NCBI GenBank assembly: GCA_016189025.1
Contig: JACPGS010000029.1
Location: 15,911 to 79,910, forward strand
Reading direction: 5' to 3'
Source: Candidatus Magasanikiibacteriota bacterium
GTDB taxonomy: Bacteria; Patescibacteriota; Patescibacteriia; Magasanikbacterales; GWA2-37-8
DNA length: 64,000 nucleotides
This document shows, in pieces, positions 33,493 to 43,300 of the stretch. How positions within the stretch are numbered: the stretch's first letter is position 1; each line of letters opens with the position of its first letter. Position numbers and translations under genes: made by a program. The notes under the pieces were generated by a model. That model did not search any database and was not told the origin of the DNA. It worked only from the letters and a program-made list of their open reading frames with translations.

Positions 33493-34892
33493 TCTTAATT
33501 TATTACTCAACAGCATCAGTTGTGTCCAAAAAGAACTTCAAAAAATTCTGGAAACTGGGCCGCCGGGATTTTAGCACCGAACATTTTGACATTAACCCCG
33601 ACGGCGAGCTCGTCATCCGCGAAGGCAACTATCAGTATAATGTTTTGGATTTGGTGCGCAAATTCGGCTCGCCCACTGAAGTTTTTTTGCCTTTTGTGCT
33701 GGAGGAGCGCCTGGAGCGCCTGTTCGACGTGGCCGAGCAAGAGATGAAGCGCCATCATTATCGCGGCAAGTTTTTTTATCACTACCCGATGAAGGTGAAC
33801 CAGAACCGGGAATTCGTACTGCCCTTAGTTTCCGAAGGGGCGCACTTGGAAGTGGGTTCACCCAACGAGCTGTGGCTGGTGAAAAAGCTTTGGGAGGGAG
33901 AAAATTTCCACGCTAAAATCCGGGTGCTCTGCAACGGCCCCAAAACGCCGCGCTACATTAACCTCATCACCGGCCTGCAATCCCAGGGGCTGGCGATTGT
34001 GCCGATTATTGAAGATGCCGAAGAATTGCGTTTGTTAAAAGATTTTCGCGGCGAACTGGGCGTGCGCATTAATCTGCAGTCAAAAGTGCAGTCGCACTGG
34101 GACAAAAAGATTGATCGCTTCGGCTTGTTGGAGGAGGAAATTTTAAGTTTGGGAAAAATTCGCAACCTCAAAATTCTCCATTATCACATTGGCTCACAGG
34201 TAGAACGCGAGAACGACCTATTGGCGGTGCTGAAAGAAGCGTTGCGCGCTTATGTCAAGGTGCGCGCGCAAAACCCTTCGCTTGATACCCTGGACGTCGG
34301 CGGGGGGTTTGCCGTGCCCTACGAGAAAAAGCCGATGTATACCGTGGAGTCGGTGTTGCGGCGAATGTTTTCGGCGCTGGCAAACGCCTCGGCCGCGGCC
34401 GGCATCCCGCACCCCAATTTGATTGTGGAATGGGGCCGGCACCTGGCCGCGCCAGCGCAAATTTCGGTTTTTAAAGTAGTGGCCACCAAGGTAATCCCTA
34501 AAGGCATTGCTAAGTTCTGGTACGTGATTGATGGGAGTTTCATGACGGATTTGCTGGATACCTGGTCGATCCATCAAAAGTGGCATATTGTTCCGGTTGG
34601 CCACGCGGGCGCGGAAAAACGCCACCGCGTTTGGCTGGGCGGTTTGACCTGCGATTCCGACGACAAATACGCTGATGCCGAAGGATATGTGCTCTTGCCC
34701 CGGATAGAGGATTTGGGGCCAGGCGAGGATTTGTACTTGGCGATTTTTGACACCGGCGCCTACCAGGATTCCTTTGCCATGCATCATTGCCTGATTTCTA
34801 GTCCGGCCAAGATTGTGCTGCAGAATGGCCTGGTTACCATGGCGCGCAAGCGCGAATCGCCGGAAGAGATCGGCAAGATGTTTGGGTGGTAG
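33465..34892 (+). CDS. speA: arginine decarboxylase (Orn/DAP/Arg decarboxylase family 2, SpeA-like); start uncertain
   Basis: YPMKVNQN PLP-lysine motif, LEVGSPNEL block; first 28 nt lie inside repeat copy 3. Confidence 0.7.
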   Translation: MWYSQHSFPVLIYYSTASVVSKKNFKKFWKLGRRDFSTEHFDINPDGELVIREGNYQYNVLDLVRKFGSPTEVFLPFVLEERLERLFDVAEQEMKRHHYRGKFFYHYPMKVNQNREFVLPLVSEGAHLEVGSPNELWLVKKLWEGENFHAKIRVLCNGPKTPRYINLITGLQSQGLAIVPIIEDAEELRLLKDFRGELGVRINLQSKVQSHWDKKIDRFGLLEEEILSLGKIRNLKILHYHIGSQVERENDLLAVLKEALRAYVKVRAQNPSLDTLDVGGGFAVPYEKKPMYTVESVLRRMFSALANASAAAGIPHPNLIVEWGRHLAAPAQISVFKVVATKVIPKGIAKFWYVIDGSFMTDLLDTWSIHQKWHIVPVGHAGAEKRHRVWLGGLTCDSDDKYADAEGYVLLPRIEDLGPGEDLYLAIFDTGAYQDSFAMHHCLISSPAKIVLQNGLVTMARKRESPEEIGKMFGW

Positions 34893-34954
34893 AGGCGCAG
34901 CTGGTAGCTGGTAGGAAGTAGCTGGTAGGCGAACGGCAAAAATTTGTATGCTAT

Positions 34955-35839
34955 ATGATTTTAACTTTAAAGAATAACCCGGGGGCGGCTCTTTTTGGGC
35001 TGGCGTTGAGTTTGATTTTGGCTTCAACTGCCGCAGCGCAAACAAATGTTTCAGGTAGTGGAGTAGGCAGGTCTAAAGTACCGGTGAGCCAGGCCGGTGA
35101 AACGTGCTATACCAATACAAAAGCCAGTGCTGTTAAGAACAGCCGGATATCGGTATTAACCTACATGCAAAGTGCGGCGAAAAATTCTAAAGACGTACAG
35201 CCGTATTTGGAATCTTGGCGAAAAATGTTTTTATTAAAAAACCGCATGAGCAATACATATTTTAAAGAACATGTTATTTACCCAACCTTTGTGAGGAAAG
35301 AACAGAAAAAAGTGAAGGGGGCGGATTATGTGGTGTTTAGAGTATTTTTACAGCTTAAGTTTGGCGACTATTATATAAGCGAAGTGCACCCGAAAGATGA
35401 CAGGATTTCATTATTAACAGGTACCGGCAAAGAGAAACGGAATGAGTTTGTTAACAGCAACGAATTTTTGGTCCGGATGGTTAAAGGCAAACCGCTGCCC
35501 GCCGCGCTTGTCCTGCAGAGGTATAAAGCGCGCTATATTGCCAAGACTCTTAAACCCGGCCATAAAAATTATGATGATGTAATCGCTAATGTTGGTAGTA
35601 TCAGAATTAATGGTAAATTGCCAGCGGTGTTGGCAGGTTGTGGAATGGCCATCGAGAGCGCTCTGGATTGCCCCGGTATACAGTATTTGCCTGCTTTAAC
35701 TTATGACGCACGGAATAATAAAGTAGCGTTGTTAGGGAGCGGAGAAAATGGTGATCAATGCTATTCGTCAGAAGTTAATTTAATCACGGGCAAGGCAGCG
35801 TGCCAGGGGCCGTTTGCTTGTATGAAAATTGGTTTGTAA
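34955..35839 (+). CDS. secreted hypothetical protein (signal peptide, Cys-rich C-terminus)
   Basis: 294 aa, AT-rich, interrupts the polyamine operon. Confidence 0.5.
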   Translation: MILTLKNNPGAALFGLALSLILASTAAAQTNVSGSGVGRSKVPVSQAGETCYTNTKASAVKNSRISVLTYMQSAAKNSKDVQPYLESWRKMFLLKNRMSNTYFKEHVIYPTFVRKEQKKVKGADYVVFRVFLQLKFGDYYISEVHPKDDRISLLTGTGKEKRNEFVNSNEFLVRMVKGKPLPAALVLQRYKARYIAKTLKPGHKNYDDVIANVGSIRINGKLPAVLAGCGMAIESALDCPGIQYLPALTYDARNNKVALLGSGENGDQCYSSEVNLITGKAACQGPFACMKIGL

Positions 35840-35850
35840 GCAAGTAGGTT

Positions 35851-36963
35851 TTGCAATTGTTTATGCAAAATTCTAAATTTGCCAAACTTTCTCCCAGCCT
35901 GCGCCAGCTTATTGTATTGGAAGCAAAGCAGTCTAGAACAGGGGCCATTAGTCCGTATGTATCGGCGAGCAAAACTCCGGTATCGGCCTATGCCCAGGAA
36001 ACGCTCCAGCACTGCAATGCCGTGGCCACGCTCCAGGCTGCCTTATGGCTCAAAAACCATTTAGACCACGGCGGCAAGCTGGTGGTAACGCTCGCCGGCG
36101 CTTTGAGTTCATTTCAAATTGGCGTGATGCTGGCGGAACTTATCCGTAAAAATAAGGTGCATTTAATTTCCGCTACGGCTGCCAATCACGAAGAATCGTA
36201 TTATCGCTACGTGGCGCATTCCCATTACGCTTACATTCCACGCTATACCGAGCTTACCCCGGCGCAAGAGGCGGAACTGCGCGATGCGGGCTTGCGCCGG
36301 ATTACCGACACGTTTTTGCCGGAAGACCAGAGTGTGCGCATTATGGAACCGCACCTGCTCCGGATGTGGAAGCGGGCGCAAAAGAAGGGCGAACGGTATT
36401 TTCCGCACGAATACTTCGGGCGGTTGTTTGAGCAGAAATTAATTAAGCCTGACCTCCAGGCTAACCCCTACGACTGCTGGGCCTATGCTGCCTGGCAGAA
36501 GAAAGTGCCGATTGTCGTGCCCGGGTTTGAAGACTCCACTATGGGCAATATCTTTGCCAGTTATTGCTACGCCGGTAAATATCGGCAGGATAAAGGCCCG
36601 CGGCTTAATCCCCAGATTATGAAAACCGGGCTGGAGTATTTTGGTTTCCTCTACGACTGGTACCTGGATACTGCCAAAAAATCATCCATTGCTTTTTTGC
36701 AACTAGGCGGCGGCATTGCGGCGGATTTTCCTATCTGTGTAGTCCCTTCGTTGAAACATGACCTGCGCCTTAAAAACGTGCGCCCCTGGGCCGGGTTTAT
36801 AGAAATCGGCTCCAGCCCCATGTCCTACGGCTCTTACTCCGGCGCCGGCGGCAAAGAAAAAATCACCTGGGATAAACTAGACCCTGCGAGCTATTACCAA
36901 ATTATTCAGAGCGACGTAACCGTAGTGTTCCCCTGGATCGCGGCGGTGTTATTGGGGTTATAA
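35851..36963 (+). CDS. deoxyhypusine synthase-like protein (probable homospermidine synthase)
   Basis: 370 aa, DHS family blocks (…TLAGALSSFQIGVMLAELIRKNKVHLISATAANHEES…). Confidence 0.65.
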   Translation: MQLFMQNSKFAKLSPSLRQLIVLEAKQSRTGAISPYVSASKTPVSAYAQETLQHCNAVATLQAALWLKNHLDHGGKLVVTLAGALSSFQIGVMLAELIRKNKVHLISATAANHEESYYRYVAHSHYAYIPRYTELTPAQEAELRDAGLRRITDTFLPEDQSVRIMEPHLLRMWKRAQKKGERYFPHEYFGRLFEQKLIKPDLQANPYDCWAYAAWQKKVPIVVPGFEDSTMGNIFASYCYAGKYRQDKGPRLNPQIMKTGLEYFGFLYDWYLDTAKKSSIAFLQLGGGIAADFPICVVPSLKHDLRLKNVRPWAGFIEIGSSPMSYGSYSGAGGKEKITWDKLDPASYYQIIQSDVTVVFPWIAAVLLGL

Positions 36964-36968
36964 TTATT

Positions 36969-37376
36969 ATGCTTTTAGTAAAAACTAAAATTGGGCCGAG
37001 TAAAATTCATGGTATCGGATTGTTTGCGGATGAATTTATTCCTAAAGGCAAACTGATGTGGCGGGTGGAGCATGATTTTGATCTTGAGTTTGAGGCCAGT
37101 CAGCTGGTCAATTTATCCGCTCCGTCCCGAGCGCAGTTTTTGAAATATTCTTACCGACATCCGAAGACGGGGAAGTACGTTCTGCCTTTTGACGATGCTC
37201 GTTTTTTTAATCACGCTGATCATCCGAACATTAACAGCGTCTATCCCAACGGTAATAACGGCGAATGTGATGTAGGTATTGCGGCGCAAGATATTATGGC
37301 TGGCGAAGAATTGACGTGCAATTATCGGGAGTTTGATGCCGATAGCGTTGTAAAATTAGAGTTTGAAGCCGGTTAA
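36969..37376 (+). CDS. SET domain protein (putative lysine methyltransferase)
   Basis: GIGLFA…, FFNHADHPN, GEELTCNY SET motifs; 135 aa. Confidence 0.75.
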   Translation: MLLVKTKIGPSKIHGIGLFADEFIPKGKLMWRVEHDFDLEFEASQLVNLSAPSRAQFLKYSYRHPKTGKYVLPFDDARFFNHADHPNINSVYPNGNNGECDVGIAAQDIMAGEELTCNYREFDADSVVKLEFEAG

Positions 37377-37378
37377 TT

Positions 37379-38455
37379 ATGAGCGGTGTTGTTAAAAATT
37401 CTAAATTGCAAAAAATCTCCTCTTACGATCCCGGCGGTATTTACACCAATGGTCAATTATTCGGCTTACCGTTTACCAACCAGGAATCCGAAGTAGTGAT
37501 TGTGCCGATGCCGTGGGAAGTTACCACGTCGTACCGCGACGGCACGGCGCAGGGGCCGCGGACAGTGCTCAAAGCATCGTATCAGGTAGACTTGTACGAC
37601 CTGGATGCTCCCGAAGCTTGGGAATTAGGTATCGGGATTCAGCCGATTTCCTCTGCTTGGAGCCGGCAGAATACTGTATTGCGGCGCCAAGCAAAAAAAT
37701 ATCTGGATTATCTGTATAATGGCGGCGACACCAGAGTAAAGTGGGTGCGCCAGACGCTGGCGGAAATTAACCAAGCCGGGGCCGAGCTAAATGGCTGGAT
37801 GAAAAAGGAAACTGCCAAATTGCTAAAACAAAATAAATTAGTGGGGGTATTAGGCGGGGAGCATAGCGTATCGCTTGGATTTATGCAGGCGCTGGCGGAG
37901 CAATATCCCCGGTATTCCATATTGCACCTTGATGCCCACGCTGACTATCGCGCGGCTTATGAAGGGTTTGAATTTTCTCACGCCTCTATCCAGTATAACG
38001 CGGGGAAGATTAAGCAGGTGGACCGGCAGGTGCTGGTCGGCATCCGCGATTATTCGCACGCCGAGGCGCAGCGCATCGCCGAATCGCACGGCCGAATTGC
38101 GGCGTTTCCGGATAGAGAAATAAAGCGCGGCGCCTACGCGGGAAAAACGTGGCAAGCGCAATGCGGCGAAATTATTAAGCCGCTCTCTAAAGAAGTTTAT
38201 ATCAGTTTTGATATTGATATCCTAGACCCCTCGCTGTGTCCGCATACCGGCACGCCGGTGCCGGGCGGCCTGGAGTTTGAACAGGTATTTTATCTGATTG
38301 AAGCCGTCATCAAGAGCGGGCGTAAAATTATCGGTTTCGATCTGTGCGAGGTGGCGCCAGGCGTTGGCAATAACGGCGAATGGGATGCCATCGTCGGGGC
38401 GCGGGTGCTGTATCGCCTGGCTATTTTAATGGCTAAATCACAGCGGCGAATATAG
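37379..38455 (+). CDS. speB: agmatinase / arginase-family ureohydrolase
   Basis: HLDAHADY, SFDIDILDP manganese-binding motifs; adjacent to speA-like gene. Confidence 0.75.
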   Translation: MSGVVKNSKLQKISSYDPGGIYTNGQLFGLPFTNQESEVVIVPMPWEVTTSYRDGTAQGPRTVLKASYQVDLYDLDAPEAWELGIGIQPISSAWSRQNTVLRRQAKKYLDYLYNGGDTRVKWVRQTLAEINQAGAELNGWMKKETAKLLKQNKLVGVLGGEHSVSLGFMQALAEQYPRYSILHLDAHADYRAAYEGFEFSHASIQYNAGKIKQVDRQVLVGIRDYSHAEAQRIAESHGRIAAFPDREIKRGAYAGKTWQAQCGEIIKPLSKEVYISFDIDILDPSLCPHTGTPVPGGLEFEQVFYLIEAVIKSGRKIIGFDLCEVAPGVGNNGEWDAIVGARVLYRLAILMAKSQRRI

Positions 38456-38492
38456 TTTGAATACGCAAGTAGTCTAATTTAGTCGCTCGGTC

Positions 38493-38559
38493 GTGGTAGA
38501 CACCCTCCGTGCTCCCCCCGCCTACGCGGGGGTGCGCGCGCAGGGAACCCGTCTACCAC
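38493..38559. repeat. palindromic structured element related to the MITE core (gtggtagac…gtgctcccccc-hairpin-gggggtgcgcgc…gtctaccac)
   Basis: Same architecture and partial sequence as 8358..8428 and 45633..45703, but without MITE arms. Confidence 0.55.
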
Positions 38560-38593
38560 TCCCTCACTCGTTGCAATATTTACAGTAATTTTT

Positions 38594-39112
38594 ATGGTCA
38601 AAGTTTTACTGATCATCGCCCACGACGGCTTCCAGCCCGTGGAGTATGGCGAACCAAAACGTATTCTCACGGAGGCAGGGATTACGGTGGTAACGGCCAG
38701 CAATATGTCGGGAATGGCGACTGCTGCCCATACCGGCGAGCAGGTAGCGATTGATTGTACGCTTGATCATGTCCAGGCGGGCGATTACGACGGCATATTT
38801 TTTGTCGGCGGCCCGGGCGCTCTAGAACATTTGGATAATGAACAATCCTACGAAATCGCGCGCGCGGCCGCGGCCCTGGGCAAGCCCTGGGGAGCAATTT
38901 GCATCTCCACGCGGATTTTGGCGCACGCGGGCGTGCTCAAAAACAAAACCGCCACCGGGTGGGATGGCGACAATGAACTGGGCGGAATTTTAGCGGCCGC
39001 TGGCGCCACGTATTTACGCGAGCCAGTCGCGGTAGACGGCCTGCTGATTACCGCCGCCGGCCCGACCGCGGCCCTGGCCTGGAGCCAAAAAATTCTGGCG
39101 GCGTTGCGCTAG
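38594..39112 (+). CDS. DJ-1/PfpI family protein
   Basis: 172 aa class-I glutamine amidotransferase-like fold, GAICIS nucleophile-elbow region. Confidence 0.7.
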   Translation: MVKVLLIIAHDGFQPVEYGEPKRILTEAGITVVTASNMSGMATAAHTGEQVAIDCTLDHVQAGDYDGIFFVGGPGALEHLDNEQSYEIARAAAALGKPWGAICISTRILAHAGVLKNKTATGWDGDNELGGILAAAGATYLREPVAVDGLLITAAGPTAALAWSQKILAALR

Positions 39113-40098
39113 GGAATTAGTACCGGTTTAATGGTCGGGAATTGCCCGATCATTTTTTTAATTCCGGCTTCATCCAGCAGTCCCTGGTGCGGGCCGTGGG
39201 CTTGGATGACGGCGCAGGAGTTGGCCACTCCCCACTGTAGGGCATGACCGATGTCGTGGCGATTCCAGCGCGCGGTAAGGTAAGCGCTGGTGAAAGCATC
39301 GCCGGCGCCGGTTTTGGCGACCACCGCCACCGGAAAGCTCTCCAGGCGCCAAATTTCATCTATGCTCCCGGCCCAGGCGCCGCGGGGGCCGTCAGTGAGC
39401 GCCACTTCTTTGGCTCCGGCCGCGGCGAGGGCGCGCACCAGTCCGGGCGTGTCTTTTTTCGCGGCGGCAGAATCTCCTGTCAGCGCCTCGGCTTCTTCTT
39501 TATTAACTATCAGGAGGTCAGCGCGAAACGCCACTTCTTGCAGTGGGGGTCGGGCGTATTTCATCAGATACGATCCCGGATTAACAGCCAGGCGCACCGT
39601 GGGGTGTTTTGTTAGATACTGCAGTAGCGCTTGGTGCACGGTCTCAAACCCAGCCGAAAGACCGGTATAATAGATCCAGTCGGTTTCCGGAAAGGGTTTA
39701 GGCCATTGATACTGCTTGCGGTCGGAAAAAGACAGGATCGTGCGCTCGGCTTTATAATTAAGCACAATAGAATAACGAGTTTTGGCTGCGGCGTCGTAGG
39801 TTACATAATCAGTGCTGACGCCAAATTTTTGTAATGCTTCGGCAGCCATCTTGCCGTTGATATCCTCGCCCAGCGTGGCTACCACCGCAGTGCGCAGCCC
39901 TAGTTTAACCGCCCCCACCGCGACATTCGGCGCATTGCCGCCCAGCGCCTGAAAGCCGTCCAAAATGGGTATTTTGCCGCCGTACTCAAAGCAGAGGTGC
40001 GTGGTGTGCGCGGTAAGCGGCCGGCATTCAGCGCAGTCGTCGGCCAGTTGCACGTGAGTATCAATTACCGGGTCGCCGATGCAGATAAGGTGATACAT
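39109..40098 (-). CDS. PfkB-family carbohydrate kinase
   Basis: KTGAGDAF motif, ribokinase-like. Confidence 0.8.
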   Translation of the reverse strand: MYHLICIGDPVIDTHVQLADDCAECRPLTAHTTHLCFEYGGKIPILDGFQALGGNAPNVAVGAVKLGLRTAVVATLGEDINGKMAAEALQKFGVSTDYVTYDAAAKTRYSIVLNYKAERTILSFSDRKQYQWPKPFPETDWIYYTGLSAGFETVHQALLQYLTKHPTVRLAVNPGSYLMKYARPPLQEVAFRADLLIVNKEEAEALTGDSAAAKKDTPGLVRALAAAGAKEVALTDGPRGAWAGSIDEIWRLESFPVAVVAKTGAGDAFTSAYLTARWNRHDIGHALQWGVANSCAVIQAHGPHQGLLDEAGIKKMIGQFPTIKPVLIP

Positions 40099-40099
40099 A

Positions 40100-40393
40100 T
40101 TAGCGCTGATTGTTTTCGGTAGTATGTTGATGTTTCCCCCGCATAATTTGAATTAATTCTCGCCCTGCCACCGCTAACAACAGCCCAAAAGCAAAAATAA
40201 AAATGACGTTATTGATCCAAAGGGCGTAGACTAATAAACAGGCCGACCCAATGACAAACACCGCGTCCTGGCGCCGCTCCGCCTCCAGATAAACACCATA
40301 GGCAAGCAGTATACCACCGAGCAGCCCCACTATTTGTACCAACGTTTCCACTAGTGGCTGGGGAAGACCGGGCAGAAAGTTAGCTAAAGGCAT
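40100..40393 (-). CDS. small membrane protein, paralog of 43888..44133
   Basis: 97 aa; ILLAYGVYLEAERRQDAVFVIGSACLLVYAL aligns with LLITYGIYIKNEIKQDWIFVLGGLCLLAYSI. Confidence 0.5.
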   Translation of the reverse strand: MPLANFLPGLPQPLVETLVQIVGLLGGILLAYGVYLEAERRQDAVFVIGSACLLVYALWINNVIFIFAFGLLLAVAGRELIQIMRGKHQHTTENNQR

Positions 40394-40394
40394 A

Positions 40395-43300
40395 TTAAAT
40401 TTCTACTACCGGATGTTCTCCTTCTGGATTCCAATTGGCGTAGCCATTAAAATTGGTTACTGGTTCTTTTATCAAAGTGACCTTAGGCTGTTCCTTAAAA
40501 TGCTGCTCATAATATCGTGCCACCTCGGGACGATTAGTGCTTGATCGTGATGTCTGATCAAGCGGTACTACGGTATGGGGAATGTTGCGTTGTGCTGCTA
40601 TCTGGCGTAGCGCGGCAAGAGTTTGCGCTATTAGTGTATCAGGCACTACCTGACTAAGCAATCCCTCTTGCGGGTTATTAGCTCGCACCAAGAGCACCAG
40701 CTCACCTTGAGGCGTTTTAGTTTCAATGGCGAGGACCGAGCCCCGCAGGCGTTCCTGGGGAGTATGGCGACCCGTAACAAAGATCAAGGGAGTAATGGTG
40801 CGATATTCACCGCGGGCGAACGCTCGGTGGTGGCTAGTAAAACAAGCATCGCCAATGTCACCAGCATAGATTCGTAAGATACCGCGCACCGGCACCAAGG
40901 TAACCTCTACAGTTTTCCCGCCCGCCTTTACTAGCGGAGTTTCTGTCTGCTGCAAAGCAGACAATTGTTCGGCGGCGATCACCAAAGGGTGCTTTTGCAG
41001 TTTGGGTTTTATCCCCCACACTAACTGTAGTTCTTTCAATAAGGTACTGGAAAACGGTTGGTGTCCGGTACGATGCTCTTCCTGTTTATTATTTAGATAA
41101 TGCTCGTTAAGGTATTCCCCTAAATGGTTATACCAGAGCTCCACTTGGGTGGCAGAAGATACCTCGGTGTTCTCTTCCAGAGCACGTTCTATTACTGATT
41201 GTCGGCCGTCCGGCATTACCAGTAGTGAGTGGTAAGCGCTGATGATCTGCAATAGTCGATCACGATCAATTACCTTTTTCGGCAGCAGCATCAGGATAGC
41301 TTCCAACCAGCTGATTAGTTCCCGGTCGCGTGCCCCCCGGTCAGGGGAAAGAGTTGGAGCTTCCAGGCGTTCCAGTGTTGCCCGGGTTTCCACCAGCGTT
41401 TGACGTTGTCTGGTCAGTGCTTTGCGATTAACGGGTTTCTCGGTTTCCCAAGCAGTAGCTAGTTCATCCAACCTGGCAATTTGTTGATCAATCTCCAATA
41501 CCAGGCGCTGGTGTTCTTCCGCCCACCAGTGAGGGAGTTGGTCAATGTTCCGGGCAGTCCGGTAGGCAACGTCAAGTTTTTTTACCCACCCCCGTAGGTC
41601 GGGGTTAGTGAGAATTTCTTGTTCGCGTGCTGCCTGCGCCTGGGGAATTTGTTCTCGGCTGCTTGCCACTGATGGCAACTTAAAGGTTACTTCTTGGTAT
41701 CCCGCGGGGAGGGCAGCTTGGTCGGGATTAGCAGCGACGGTGGTTTGCCAAAGCTGAATATTTTTTCGGGGGTCATCATTTTTTTGTTCCCAACTAGTAG
41801 CTCCTTTAATTGCATGAAAAAACTCTAAACCGAGGTCGGTATTTAGTTCCGGTGGGACTTGATCAGCCAGTAAGGCAGTTTGCAGGCGGCGCCCGAATTT
41901 TTTAATCTCGTTGATAATAAATCCTTTATTGGGTAATTCTTCCAGCCGGATGCCGAGAGTACTGGTTAATTCTTGTCGTACTTCGGCGGGCAGGTCAGTG
42001 ATTTTTTCGGACCGAGAAATGGCCACATGCCAGCGGAGGAGGGTAGGCAAATTATACATGCCGTAGGTATGCACAAAATCTTTCAACAGTTCTGCATCTT
42101 CGGCACTGTCACGTCGCAGTACTCCCCGCGTCAGTGCCTGCTCTACCAGCGGGTCTAGGTCAGTTTTCCAAGGATCATATTTTTCCCGTGCCGCGCGGGG
42201 GTGGCTTTTTAACAATTTTCCATATATGGGCTGCCAGGAAAAATTTTCGGCCAAAGAGTTTAGAGTTTCGGGGGGCAGCAGCGCCTGGAGGATCGCCGGA
42301 TATTTCAGAAATTCCGTGGGACAAAAAAAGGAAGGGGGTAGCTCGACAAAGGCTTGGCGGAGATTGGCTTGGGTTTCGGCAGGGTAGGCCATCGTCAGTT
42401 CGGTTATTTTTTTTTGGTAAAAGCCGTCGTGCAACAATTCAAGGTTAAGGGTAGGGAGACGTTGAATAATAGTATGGATAATTTCTCGTCTTTCTTCCAG
42501 CGAGAGGGGGAAGGCGGAGTACTTTAGGCGTTCCCAAGGGTTTTCGCGGCATAAGCGCAGTTTTACGGCGGAGATTTCCTCTGGGGATAGTTGAAGTTTT
42601 GCCAGAACCCCTTCATCAAGAAGATGAAAAACATGCCGACCAACCAATATATCAATAATACTATCGCGCTCGGGACGGGTAAACTCAACAGGAATTATGG
42701 GTAGGGAACTGGTTTCATGGTCAGCCACTTCGGTCAACCACTTTAAGCGTTGTTCCGGGGTGAGGGGAATTATGGGGTAAAAACGAGTCAGGTAATTATA
42801 ATAAATAGGAATAGCAGCATCTATTATTTTTGCTTGTTCGGCCTCGGGTAAAGCAAGGAAGAGGGGTTCAAATTCATCAAAATCCCGGATAATCGTAGCG
42901 GGGTTGTATTTTTGGCGCGCCGCAAAAATAGCGGGTGCGGCTGCGGTGCGATGTTCGGGGGGAAAGTCACGGAGAGAGAAACGTTGCAGCATTGACGGTT
43001 TAGTTCCTTGCGTCTGCAGTTGGGAAAAAATTTCATAACGCACTGCCGGAGTCCATTCTTGGCTGTCCCGATAGTAACCAGTTGCCACCGAAGCTAAGAC
43101 GTCCGGAAGATTGCCAAGCCTTTCCTTTATACAAGGGAGGATTTCGGTGCTGGTCTGGCAGGATTTCCTGGCCAGTTCATATAATTCATTAGCAGCGCTG
43201 TCGACCCCAGGAGTTTCGTCCGGCAGTTGGCGATAGAAAGCAATTGTCGGTTCTAACCCTTCGGCCAATTTTTCCTGTAGTCGCTTATCTACCATCTTGG

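Noticed and set aside
34897-34930. gctggtag short tandem repeats after the speA stop (and similar cagctag repeats at 4858..4890)
   Set aside because: Too short and imperfect to assign a function; possibly incidental.
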